32,000 nt of DNA, taken from positions 14,597 to 46,596 of the forward strand of contig NZ_ATAY01000076.1 in NCBI RefSeq assembly GCF_000421965.1, written 5' to 3'. Shown piece by piece: positions 1 through 7,852 of this stretch. Source of the DNA: Ruminiclostridium papyrosolvens C7 (GTDB taxonomy: Bacteria; Bacillota; Clostridia; Acetivibrionales; DSM-1351). Below the pieces are notes generated by a model. That model had not been told where the DNA came from and made no database searches. It was given only the letters and a program-made list of their open reading frames with translations. Both the position numbers and the translations under genes were made by a program. The first letter of the stretch is position 1. The number at the start of each line of letters is the position of its first letter.

Positions 1-1015
1 TTTCCATAATCATCAGATTGTAATTGTTTTTAAGTTCACCTATTTCATCGTTTCCCGTGTTATAGCTTACCCGTTTGAAAACCCCATTTGCGACACCCTG
101 CATTGAGTTAATAAGCTTCTTAATAGGCAAGGTTATGAGGTTTGCGGTAAAAAGTGAAGCTACTATAAATAAAAAGATAGTAATTCCGATAAACAACACA
201 TACAGCACATTCAGTGTCCGAATTGCAGGCCACTTGGAAGAAAGGCTTGTACAGCTTATTATTTTCCAGCCCGTATCAGGCATATCAGACTTGAATACCA
301 GTAATCTTTTGTTGTTAATGGTTATTATATCCTCATTCTCCGATGTTCTTCCCAGGTATGGATTATACATCTCATAGGCACCATCGTTTTTAATAACCGG
401 ATTATTATTTGCATCCAGAATTATAAAGGACGAACCTCCGTTTTCACTGGTTTCATTAATAACGTCTGAGATACTGTCCTGTGATATGTTCAATACCAGT
501 ACTCCAATTGGATTGAGACTGTCAAGGTCATTTAAAACTCTCATTACGGAAACAAGATTTTTACCGGAATATGTTTTTAGGGTGTTTTCAGCATTTATAG
601 CTATTTTATATCCGCCGTTGAGCTTTACAAGCTCATCAAACCACGGTGCCTTTTTAACATCTTCTACGCTTGAAACTGTAAGGTATTTATTGGTTCTCAG
701 TCCTGAACCATGTAAGTCGTAAAGATAAATTGAATCAATATTTGGAAAAGTTATGTGGATGTTGAACATAACCTCGTTGGCACTTTTAGACAAGCTGCGG
801 GACGGTTTATCCGACTCAAGATATGACCTAATAAGTGAGCTTGTAGTCATCATCTTGGATACGTTATTTGCGTTGTCAATCATTGTGTTAATATTTGTAC
901 GTATAAGCTCCGTTGTCTCATGGGAACGCTGACGTACCTGGCTTAGAGTTTCGTTCTTTATTACATTGACATAAATAACCGCACTAATTATTACATAAAA
1001 AAGCATAAATACCAT
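1..1015 (-). CDS. Sensor histidine kinase, N-terminal portion (TM helix, extracytoplasmic sensor region, second TM, HAMP). It runs off the left edge, and its 5' end appears split over three frames up to 1099 (see finding).
   Basis: An open minus-strand frame runs from the ATG at 1015 to the window edge. It is absent from the ORF track because it has no stop in the window. My translation reads MVFMLFYVIISAVIYVNVIKNETLSQVRQRSHETT... and, near nt 1-120, ...LPIKKLINSMQGVANGVFKRVSYNTGNDEIGELKNNYNLMIME. That is a HAMP linker with the DEIGEL motif, typical of YesM-type kinases next to sugar ABC operons. Plus-strand ORFs 75-377 and 486-722 overlap it and look spurious. Confidence 0.75.
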   Translation of the reverse strand, partial: MVFMLFYVIISAVIYVNVIKNETLSQVRQRSHETTELIRTNINTMIDNANNVSKMMTTSSLIRSYLESDKPSRSLSKSANEVMFNIHITFPNIDSIYLYDLHGSGLRTNKYLTVSSVEDVKKAPWFDELVKLNGGYKIAINAENTLKTYSGKNLVSVMRVLNDLDSLNPIGVLVLNISQDSISDVINETSENGGSSFIILDANNNPVIKNDGAYEMYNPYLGRTSENEDIITINNKRLLVFKSDMPDTGWKIISCTSLSSKWPAIRTLNVLYVLFIGITIFLFIVASLFTANLITLPIKKLINSMQGVANGVFKRVSYNTGNDEIGELKNNYNLMIME

Positions 1016-1349
1016 AAAGATAATAAGCACTTTGCTTCTTATAGAGGTATTTAAAAACATGCGTTTAACTGTTTCCATAAAATGCTTTAAATATTTCATA
1101 TATAACTCCGTAAAAATGCAAATAATAGTTTCAAATGAGCGTATCAAGTTATTATACCATACGCAAGTTAGAGATTGACATAACGTTATTATGTGTATTG
1201 TGCAAATATTTCGGAGATAGGATTGGAGGCGGTTTAAAGCAATTCTAAGAGTAAAAATAATGCACAATTATAGGTAACCATTTTACGTTTACTTTATGCA
1301 ACATTACCTATATTATTACCATATCACATTATTTCAAGGAGGAATAAGG

Positions 1350-2669
1350 ATGAACAAAATGTCAGTGGCAAAAAGAGGAGCAGCATTTATACTGGCTGGC
1401 GCATTAACAGTCGGAATGGTGGCTTGCGGCAAGAATACAACAGGTAACAATGCCACAGGTACAACTAATAATGCTGGTGCAAGTAGTGCTAAAAATGTTG
1501 AATTGAAATTCAGCCATATTTGGGGTTCAGCAGCAGACCCGTTTACACCCGCAGCTAAGAAAGTTATCGATGACTATCAGAATGCAAACCCAAATGTAAA
1601 GATCAAGGTTGATACTAACGAAAATGAAGCATATAAGACAAAAATCAAAGCAATGGCAGCAGCGAATGAGCTTCCTGATATATTTTCTACATGGGGCGGC
1701 GGTTTCTCAGAGCCATTTGTTAAGTCAAATTCAGTAGTAGCCCTTGATGTGACCGAAGATATGAAAAATAAGCTTGTTAACGGTGCATTAACTAATGTAA
1801 CTTACGATGGAAAGGTTTACGGATTACCATTCTTCCTTTCCTGTGGAGCATTGTTTATAAATACAGAACTTTTTGACAAGAACAATGTCAAGGTTCCTAC
1901 TACTTGGGAAGAACTTCTTACAGCCGTAAAGACCTTTAAATCCAAAGGAATAACTCCTATGGCTGTTTCAGGTAAGGACAAATGGACAATAGCAATGTAC
2001 TTTGACGTAATGGCCTTAAGAGCTGCAGGGCCTGAAAAGGTAACAAAAACTCTTACAAAGAAAGGTTCATTCAAGGATCCTGAATTCCTGAATGCAGCTA
2101 ACAGATTTAAAGAGTTGATTGATGCAGGAGCATTCTCAAAGGGTGCTGCCGGAGTATCAAACGATGAAGCTGAGGTACCATTCTTTGAAGGAAAGATACC
2201 AATGATGTTCAAAGGCAGCTGGACTGCAGGAAAAGCAGGCTCAAAGGATTCAAAGGTTGCAGGAAAAATCAAGGCAATATCCTTCCCGTCAATACCGGGC
2301 GGACTTGGAAATCCCAAGCAGTTTACAGGTGGAGCTGTTGACGCTGTAATGGTAAGTGCAAATTCAAAGAACAAAGAAGAAGCACTTAAGTTCCAGAAGT
2401 ACTTTGCTGAAAATATGTCCAGGGAATCATATCTTTCAGGTGCTTCAATGCCAGCATGGAAAACAGATGTTGACACAAGCAAGCTGAATCCTTCACTTGT
2501 TGATGTTGTTAATCTTACCAAAGATGCTGAATCATTTACAATCTGGTGGGATACACTCCTTGCCGGTAAAGATACAGAGACCTACCTGAATTCTTTACAG
2601 GAATTGTTTATGGGTTCAAAAACTCCTCAACAGTTTGTTGATAGTTTACAGACAATTTATGGTAAGTAA
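1350..2669 (+). CDS. Sugar ABC transporter extracellular solute-binding lipoprotein (family 1 SBP)
   Basis: The internal ATG at 1350 (MNKMSVAKRG...) lies 8 nt after the AAGGAGG at 1336-1342. It has a signal peptide with a lipobox-like LTVGMVAC. Length and composition fit a MalE-like carbohydrate SBP, and it is followed by two permease genes. Confidence 0.9.
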   Translation: MNKMSVAKRGAAFILAGALTVGMVACGKNTTGNNATGTTNNAGASSAKNVELKFSHIWGSAADPFTPAAKKVIDDYQNANPNVKIKVDTNENEAYKTKIKAMAAANELPDIFSTWGGGFSEPFVKSNSVVALDVTEDMKNKLVNGALTNVTYDGKVYGLPFFLSCGALFINTELFDKNNVKVPTTWEELLTAVKTFKSKGITPMAVSGKDKWTIAMYFDVMALRAAGPEKVTKTLTKKGSFKDPEFLNAANRFKELIDAGAFSKGAAGVSNDEAEVPFFEGKIPMMFKGSWTAGKAGSKDSKVAGKIKAISFPSIPGGLGNPKQFTGGAVDAVMVSANSKNKEEALKFQKYFAENMSRESYLSGASMPAWKTDVDTSKLNPSLVDVVNLTKDAESFTIWWDTLLAGKDTETYLNSLQELFMGSKTPQQFVDSLQTIYGK

Positions 2670-2684
2670 TCAAAGATAATAAAA

Positions 2685-2736
2685 GGCGTCCATTTGTTTG
2701 CTTTAGTCAACAACACGTGGCAGAAAAATGGACGCC
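2685..2736 (+). promoter_or_regulatory. Intercistronic stem-loop between the SBP and permease genes (11-bp perfect stem, about 30-nt loop, no T-tract)
   Basis: GGCGTCCATTT (2685-2695) pairs perfectly with AAATGGACGCC (2726-2736). No U-run follows, so it is more likely an mRNA-stabilising or partial attenuation element than a full terminator. Confidence 0.5.
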
Positions 2737-2775
2737 AAACTATATGAACATATTAAATATATTTTATAGAAGGAA

Positions 2776-3666
2776 GTGAGTTTGGTGGATAGAGTTTTAG
2801 GCAATAAGAAGGCAATAGTATTTTTCCTGTTTCCGGCTCTGGTTGTTTTTATCGGATTAATAATAATACCTATCGCAATGTCAACGTACTACAGCTTACA
2901 GGAATGGTCGGGATTTGGCAAAGGTACTTTTATAGGTCTGCAAAACTATAAAGGACTTCTTTCTGATCCAATATTCGTCAAAGCAGCAGTAAATTCATTA
3001 ATTCTGGCATTTGCATCAGTATTTATTCAACTTCCGATTTCGTTACTTTTAGCTCTTACACTTGCAAAAGGCGTTAAGTTCGAAAAGAGCTTAGTAACTA
3101 TTTACTTTATACCGGTTATTATTTCTACAGTTGTTATCGGACAACTATGGATGAAAATATATAACCCTGATTATGGAATTCTTAACTTATTATTAAAGGC
3201 AATAGGTTTGGGGTCTTTTGCATCAGAATGGCTGGGTGATCCCAAAAGGGCATTGGCTGCTACATTTATCCCAATAATATGGCAGTATATCGGATATCAT
3301 ATGCTCTTAATGTATGCAGGTATAAAATCTATTTCCACCGATGTTTTTGAAGCGGCAGTAATTGACGGATCTTCTTGGTGGAATACATCTATGAAAATAA
3401 CAATACCGATGTTGAAGCCTGTATTGAATGTGTCAGTTATATTCGCTGTTACAGGCGCACTGAAAGTATTTGATCTTGTATATGTTTTGACGGGCGGAGG
3501 ACCTGCCCACGCAAGTGAAGTAATAGGCACATATATGGTAAGTACAATATTTAAAGGTAACCAGTACGGGTATGGTAGTGCTATGGCTGTATTTGTAATC
3601 CTTGAATGTTTTGCCTTATCCATTCTTGTAAGTCTATTGTTCAGAGAAAAGGAGGAAGCAAAATGA
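2776..3666 (+). CDS. Carbohydrate ABC transporter permease (MalF/UgpA-like, BPD_transp_1)
   Basis: A 296-aa polytopic membrane protein. It is in an operon with the SBP and the second permease. The start may instead be the in-frame TTG at 2782 or GTG at 2785, which are better spaced from the GAAGGAAG RBS. Confidence 0.9.
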   Translation: MSLVDRVLGNKKAIVFFLFPALVVFIGLIIIPIAMSTYYSLQEWSGFGKGTFIGLQNYKGLLSDPIFVKAAVNSLILAFASVFIQLPISLLLALTLAKGVKFEKSLVTIYFIPVIISTVVIGQLWMKIYNPDYGILNLLLKAIGLGSFASEWLGDPKRALAATFIPIIWQYIGYHMLLMYAGIKSISTDVFEAAVIDGSSWWNTSMKITIPMLKPVLNVSVIFAVTGALKVFDLVYVLTGGGPAHASEVIGTYMVSTIFKGNQYGYGSAMAVFVILECFALSILVSLLFREKEEAK

Positions 3667-4517
3667 GTGACATAGTTCAGGATAGAAGTTCCGGATTTTC
3701 CATATCAAAAACCCTTATGTACGCTGTACTTTTCATAGTAGCGGTCATTCAGCTGTTTCCTCTATATTGGATGTTCTCTTTTTCATTAAAGGATAATTCT
3801 GAAATTTTCGGGGGAAACCCTATAGGGCTTCCGTCAAAATGGCTATGGTCAAACTATAGCAGTGCTTTGCTGCAGGGGAATGTAGGAAAGTATTTCATGA
3901 ACAGTGTAATTGTAACGGCAGCAACCATTATACTTACAAGTATAATCGCGGTTATGGCTTCATATGCATTGACAAGAATGGTATTTAAACTGAGAAAGCC
4001 CTTAAATTCATTCTTTGTACTTGGATTGACGGTTCCTCTTCATTCAGCACTTCTTCCTATATTTATAATGCTGAGAAACTTAAAGATGGTTAACTCCTAC
4101 TGGGCACTGATAGTTCCGTATACTGCATTTGCAATCCCCATGGCATTACTGATTTTTTCAGGATTTATGAGTTCCATTCCAAGAGAAATGGAAGAGGCTG
4201 CATGTATTGACGGCTGTAGCATTTATAAAATATTTTTCTCAATCATACTTCCGCTTATGAAGCCGGCAATTGCCACAGTGACAATCTTTACATTCCTTCA
4301 GGCATGGAATGAGCTGATGTATGCGGTAGTGTTTATCAGCGATGCAAAATACAAGACATTAACAGTTGGTATCCAGTCTCTGGCGGGACAATATACAACA
4401 GAGTGGGGACCAATAGGCGCTGGTCTTATGGTAGCTACAATTCCAACTCTTATCATTTATTCAATAATGAGTAAAAAAGTTCAGGATAGTCTTGTTGTTG
4501 GAGCAGTAAAAGGCTAA
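3663..4517 (+). CDS. Carbohydrate ABC transporter permease (MalG/UgpE-like)
   Basis: The ATG at 3663 (MSDIVQDRS...) overlaps the upstream stop (ATGA) and is preceded by AAGGAGGAAG. It is a multi-TM protein with an EAA-like loop (SIPREMEEAACIDGCS). Confidence 0.9.
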   Translation: MSDIVQDRSSGFSISKTLMYAVLFIVAVIQLFPLYWMFSFSLKDNSEIFGGNPIGLPSKWLWSNYSSALLQGNVGKYFMNSVIVTAATIILTSIIAVMASYALTRMVFKLRKPLNSFFVLGLTVPLHSALLPIFIMLRNLKMVNSYWALIVPYTAFAIPMALLIFSGFMSSIPREMEEAACIDGCSIYKIFFSIILPLMKPAIATVTIFTFLQAWNELMYAVVFISDAKYKTLTVGIQSLAGQYTTEWGPIGAGLMVATIPTLIIYSIMSKKVQDSLVVGAVKG

Positions 4518-4612
4518 AAAGACTTTATAATGTCGCTTGATATCCTGTATAATGGGATATTGAGTGATGTTATATTATTAATCGCATAATTGCGGATTGT
4601 GGAGGTTGGAAA

Positions 4613-6751
4613 ATGGAAAAACCAAAATATTTGGACAAAAGCCTTACTTTTAAAGAAAGAGCTGCTGATCTTGTATCAAGAATGACTTTGGAAGAAAAAG
4701 CCTCACAACTTAGGTACGACGCACAACCTGTTGAAAGGCTGGGAATTCCCAGATATAACTGGTGGAACGAAGCTCTGCATGGAGTTGCAAGAGCAGGTGT
4801 TGCAACAGTATTTCCACAGGCAATAGGAATGGCTGCAATATTTGACGATGAATTTCTTGAGAAAATTGCAGATGTAATTGCAACAGAAGGAAGAGCTAAA
4901 TACAATGAGAGTGCAAAAAAAGGTGACAGGGATATATACAAGGGTATAACCTTCTGGTCGCCTAACGTCAATATATTCAGGGACCCAAGGTGGGGACGCG
5001 GACATGAAACCTACGGAGAAGATCCATATCTGACTTCCAGACTGGGAGTTGCATTCGTAAAAGGCTTGCAGGGCGATGGAAAATATCTTAAAACAGCCGC
5101 CTGTGCAAAGCACTTTGCGGTTCATAGCGGACCTGAAGACGACAGACATCACTTTGATGCGGTAGTATCACAAAAGGACCTGTATGAAACATACTTACCT
5201 GCTTTTGAAGCTCTGGTTAAAGAAGCAAAAGTAGAATCAGTAATGGGAGCCTACAACAGAACCAACGGAGAACCCTGCAACGGAAGCAAAACCCTCTTGA
5301 AGGACATTTTAAGAGATGGATGGGGCTTCGACGGACACGTTGTTTCAGATTGCTGGGCAATAAAGGATTTCCATGAAGGGCACGGAGTTACCAAAACACC
5401 AACCGAATCTGTGGCACTTGCATTAAAGAGTGGTTGTGACCTTAATTGCGGAAATATGTATCTTCTTATTCTCCTTGCACTTAAAGAAGGCAGAATTACT
5501 GAGGAGGATATTGACCGTGCAGCTATCAGGCTTATGACAACCAGAATGAAGTTGGGCATGTTTGATGATGACTGTGAGTTTGACAATATTCCTTATGAAG
5601 TCAATGACTCTGTAGAACACAACAAACTTTCACTTGAAGCTGCAAAAAAATCAATGGTGTTACTTAAAAATGAGGGGTTATTGCCATTAGACAGCAAAAA
5701 GATTAAAAATATAGCTGTTATCGGGCCCAACGCAGACAGTAGTTTGGCACTAAGGGCCAACTACAGCGGAACTCCATCTCAAAATATCACTATCCTTGAC
5801 GGTATCCGCAAAAGGGTTTCCGAGGATACAAGGGTATGGTATTCAGTGGGCAGTCACCTTTTCATGAACAGAGAAGAGGATCTCGCACAGCCTGATGACA
5901 GACTGAAAGAGGCTGTTTCTGTGGCAGAGAGAAGTGATGTAATTGTTCTGTGTCTTGGACTTGACGCTTCAGTAGAAGGGGAACAGAACGATCAGGGTAC
6001 CGTAATACTGGATGCTGGAGGAGACAAGGCTGATCTAAATCTGCCTGAATCCCAGAGAAACCTGCTTAATGCGGTTCTTGCTACAGGCAAGCCTACAATT
6101 GTAGCGTTGCTCTCAGGAAGTGCATTGTCAATCGGAGACGCAGCCGACAAGGCAGCGGCCATAGTTCAGTGCTGGTATCCGGGTTCAAGGGGCGGTCTTG
6201 CATTTGCGGAAATGATATTCGGAGATTACTCTCCTGCCGGAAGACTTCCTGTTACCTTCTATAAATCAACAGAAGAGCTCCCTCCATTTGCAGACTACTC
6301 AATGGAAAACAGAACATACAAGTTCATGAAAGGCGAAGCATTGTATCCTTTCGGATTCGGCTTATCCTATACAAATTTTGAATACTCCAATATAGTGTGT
6401 CCTCAGACTGTAAATAATGGAGATAACCTGTCTTTATCGGTAGATGTTCAGAATACAGGAAGTGTTGATTCGGATGAAGTTGTACAGGTATATATAAAGG
6501 ATATGGAAGCTTCAGTAAGGGTTCCTAAACACAGTCTTTGCGGTTTTAAACGAATACACTTAAAGAGCGGTGAAAAGAAGACCGTGACTTTTGAAATCGA
6601 TTCAAATACAATGACTATAGTTAATGAAGAAGGAAAACGTTATATTGAAAATGGTGATTTCACATTGTATGTTGACGGGTCACAACCAGACAAGGTCAGT
6701 GAAAGATTATCAGGCAAGAAGCCATTGGAAGTATCATTCAACGTTAAGTAG
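4613..6751 (+). CDS. Glycoside hydrolase family 3 exo-glycosidase (beta-glucosidase/beta-xylosidase type)
   Basis: 712 aa, with a GGAGG RBS. It carries GH3 hallmarks: NWWNEALHG, KHFAVHSGPE, GHVVSDCWA (nucleophile Asp in an SDW/SDC-type motif), and a C-terminal fibronectin-like domain. Confidence 0.9.
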   Translation: MEKPKYLDKSLTFKERAADLVSRMTLEEKASQLRYDAQPVERLGIPRYNWWNEALHGVARAGVATVFPQAIGMAAIFDDEFLEKIADVIATEGRAKYNESAKKGDRDIYKGITFWSPNVNIFRDPRWGRGHETYGEDPYLTSRLGVAFVKGLQGDGKYLKTAACAKHFAVHSGPEDDRHHFDAVVSQKDLYETYLPAFEALVKEAKVESVMGAYNRTNGEPCNGSKTLLKDILRDGWGFDGHVVSDCWAIKDFHEGHGVTKTPTESVALALKSGCDLNCGNMYLLILLALKEGRITEEDIDRAAIRLMTTRMKLGMFDDDCEFDNIPYEVNDSVEHNKLSLEAAKKSMVLLKNEGLLPLDSKKIKNIAVIGPNADSSLALRANYSGTPSQNITILDGIRKRVSEDTRVWYSVGSHLFMNREEDLAQPDDRLKEAVSVAERSDVIVLCLGLDASVEGEQNDQGTVILDAGGDKADLNLPESQRNLLNAVLATGKPTIVALLSGSALSIGDAADKAAAIVQCWYPGSRGGLAFAEMIFGDYSPAGRLPVTFYKSTEELPPFADYSMENRTYKFMKGEALYPFGFGLSYTNFEYSNIVCPQTVNNGDNLSLSVDVQNTGSVDSDEVVQVYIKDMEASVRVPKHSLCGFKRIHLKSGEKKTVTFEIDSNTMTIVNEEGKRYIENGDFTLYVDGSQPDKVSERLSGKKPLEVSFNVK

Positions 6752-6777
6752 TATTTAATACAAGTTTATACACATAT

Positions 6778-6814
6778 AAAGGCCGGGAAAATTCTTTTCA
6801 CGGTCTTTATTTTT
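6778..6814 (+). terminator. Rho-independent terminator after the GH3 gene
   Basis: AAAGGCCGGGAAAA/TTTTCACGGTCTTT forms a stem of about 14 bp (one mismatch, one G-U) with a 3-nt loop, followed by TATTTTT. Confidence 0.6.
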
Positions 6815-7120
6815 CTATGTACATACCATTTTAGAACATAATAGTTACAAGATATAATAGATTACATAAAAAGGTATATAGTTATTCATATATAGTTTTT
6901 GGTATAATTTTCTTTAATTTAGATAATTTATCTGCATGGGAAAAAAGTATATAATTGGCTTTAATAATTCAAAAGTAGGTAATTATTGAGGCAATCCATA
7001 GAGTGTTTAATCGTTGCCGGGTCACGTTAAATGCTTATTGGCAGTATAATCTGATTACAGTGTAGCTTTCCGGTGTGTCAAGTGATAGGGCGAGGCTGTG
7101 TAAAAGGGCGGTAAATTAGG

Positions 7121-7645
7121 ATGTACTGGTATATACTTTTTGTTAAATCTGGTAGAGAACATCGAGTGCAACAATACATGAATAAAATAGCTGATACTGA
7201 AATGGCTAATCCATTTATTCCTTTGCATGAATTTCTTTTCAAAATTTCAGGTGTGATAAAGAGAGAACTAAAACCTTTATTCCCGGGATATGTTTTTGTT
7301 GAGTCTGCGATTCCCGGGGATGAGTTCCTTAAAAAGTTGAACAATCGAATACATTCATCAAGTGACATAGTTAGAATATTAAAATATTCCGATACTGAAA
7401 TAGAAGTAAGGGAATCTGAAAAACAGATGCTCCTTGATTTATGCAATAACCAACATTGCATCGAATCATCAAGGGGAATTATAAAGGGAGATAGAATACA
7501 TGTAATAAACGGGCCTCTTAAGGGACGCGAAAGCATTATAAAAAAAATTAACAGACATAAAAAGCAAGCTTTGATAGAAATAGAATTTATGGGAGACAAA
7601 AGAATTGTAAACGTAGCACTGGAAATCGTTGAAAAGATACAATAG
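7121..7645 (+). CDS. NusG-family paralog (NGN + KOW), a stand-alone specialised antiterminator candidate (LoaP/RfaH-like class)
   Basis: 174 aa. The N-terminus MYWYILFVKSGREHRV matches the NGN start. The C-terminal GDRIHVINGPLKGRESIIKKI matches a KOW motif. It is not in the secE-nusG-rplK context, so it is a paralog rather than the housekeeping nusG. Confidence 0.8.
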   Translation: MYWYILFVKSGREHRVQQYMNKIADTEMANPFIPLHEFLFKISGVIKRELKPLFPGYVFVESAIPGDEFLKKLNNRIHSSSDIVRILKYSDTEIEVRESEKQMLLDLCNNQHCIESSRGIIKGDRIHVINGPLKGRESIIKKINRHKKQALIEIEFMGDKRIVNVALEIVEKIQ

Positions 7646-7758
7646 TTTTTATGTTTACTATCATTATAGGTGGCGGATTTATGGCAATAATAAAGTGTAT
7701 CAATATATGTTAGTAACCCGTAGATGCTTATAACCATGAGTTTGAACGACATTATTAG

Positions 7759-7787
7759 TTTACAGGGCAGATAAATAGTGATACAAT
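7759..7787 (+). promoter_or_regulatory. Candidate sigma-A promoter of the MetRS-like gene
   Basis: TTTACA (7759-7764), a 17-nt spacer, then TACAAT (7782-7787) with TG at the extended -10 position. It lies about 65 nt upstream of the ATG at 7853. Confidence 0.45.
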
Positions 7788-7852
7788 TAGCTAAAAATAA
7801 ACAGATAAATGTAATCTGTCACAAATTATGGTATTAAGGAGATTTCTATTGT

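Noticed and set aside
75-722. Plus-strand ORFs 75-377 and 486-722 at the left edge.
   Set aside because: They overlap the open minus-strand frame that encodes a convincing TM/sensor/HAMP histidine-kinase N-terminus, and their own translations have no family features.
1817-2521. A 234-aa minus-strand ORF lies antisense inside the solute-binding-protein gene. Similar long antisense ORFs occur at 4703-5152, 7078-7752, 14831-15517, 21160-21594 and 31059-31508.
   Set aside because: - Each is fully embedded antisense in a gene with clear family motifs.
- Their translations are low-complexity (S/P/A/F-rich), with no recognisable motifs and no RBS.
- They are the expected shadow ORFs of AT-rich coding DNA.
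7646-7852. A T-box or SAM (S-box) leader upstream of the MetRS-like gene.
   Set aside because: - There is no T-box consensus (AGGGTGGTACCGCG-like) next to a terminator/antiterminator pair, and no S-box core.
- TAGGTGGCGG at about 7666 is only a superficial resemblance and is in the wrong position.
- A plain sigma-A promoter with a short leader explains the region.
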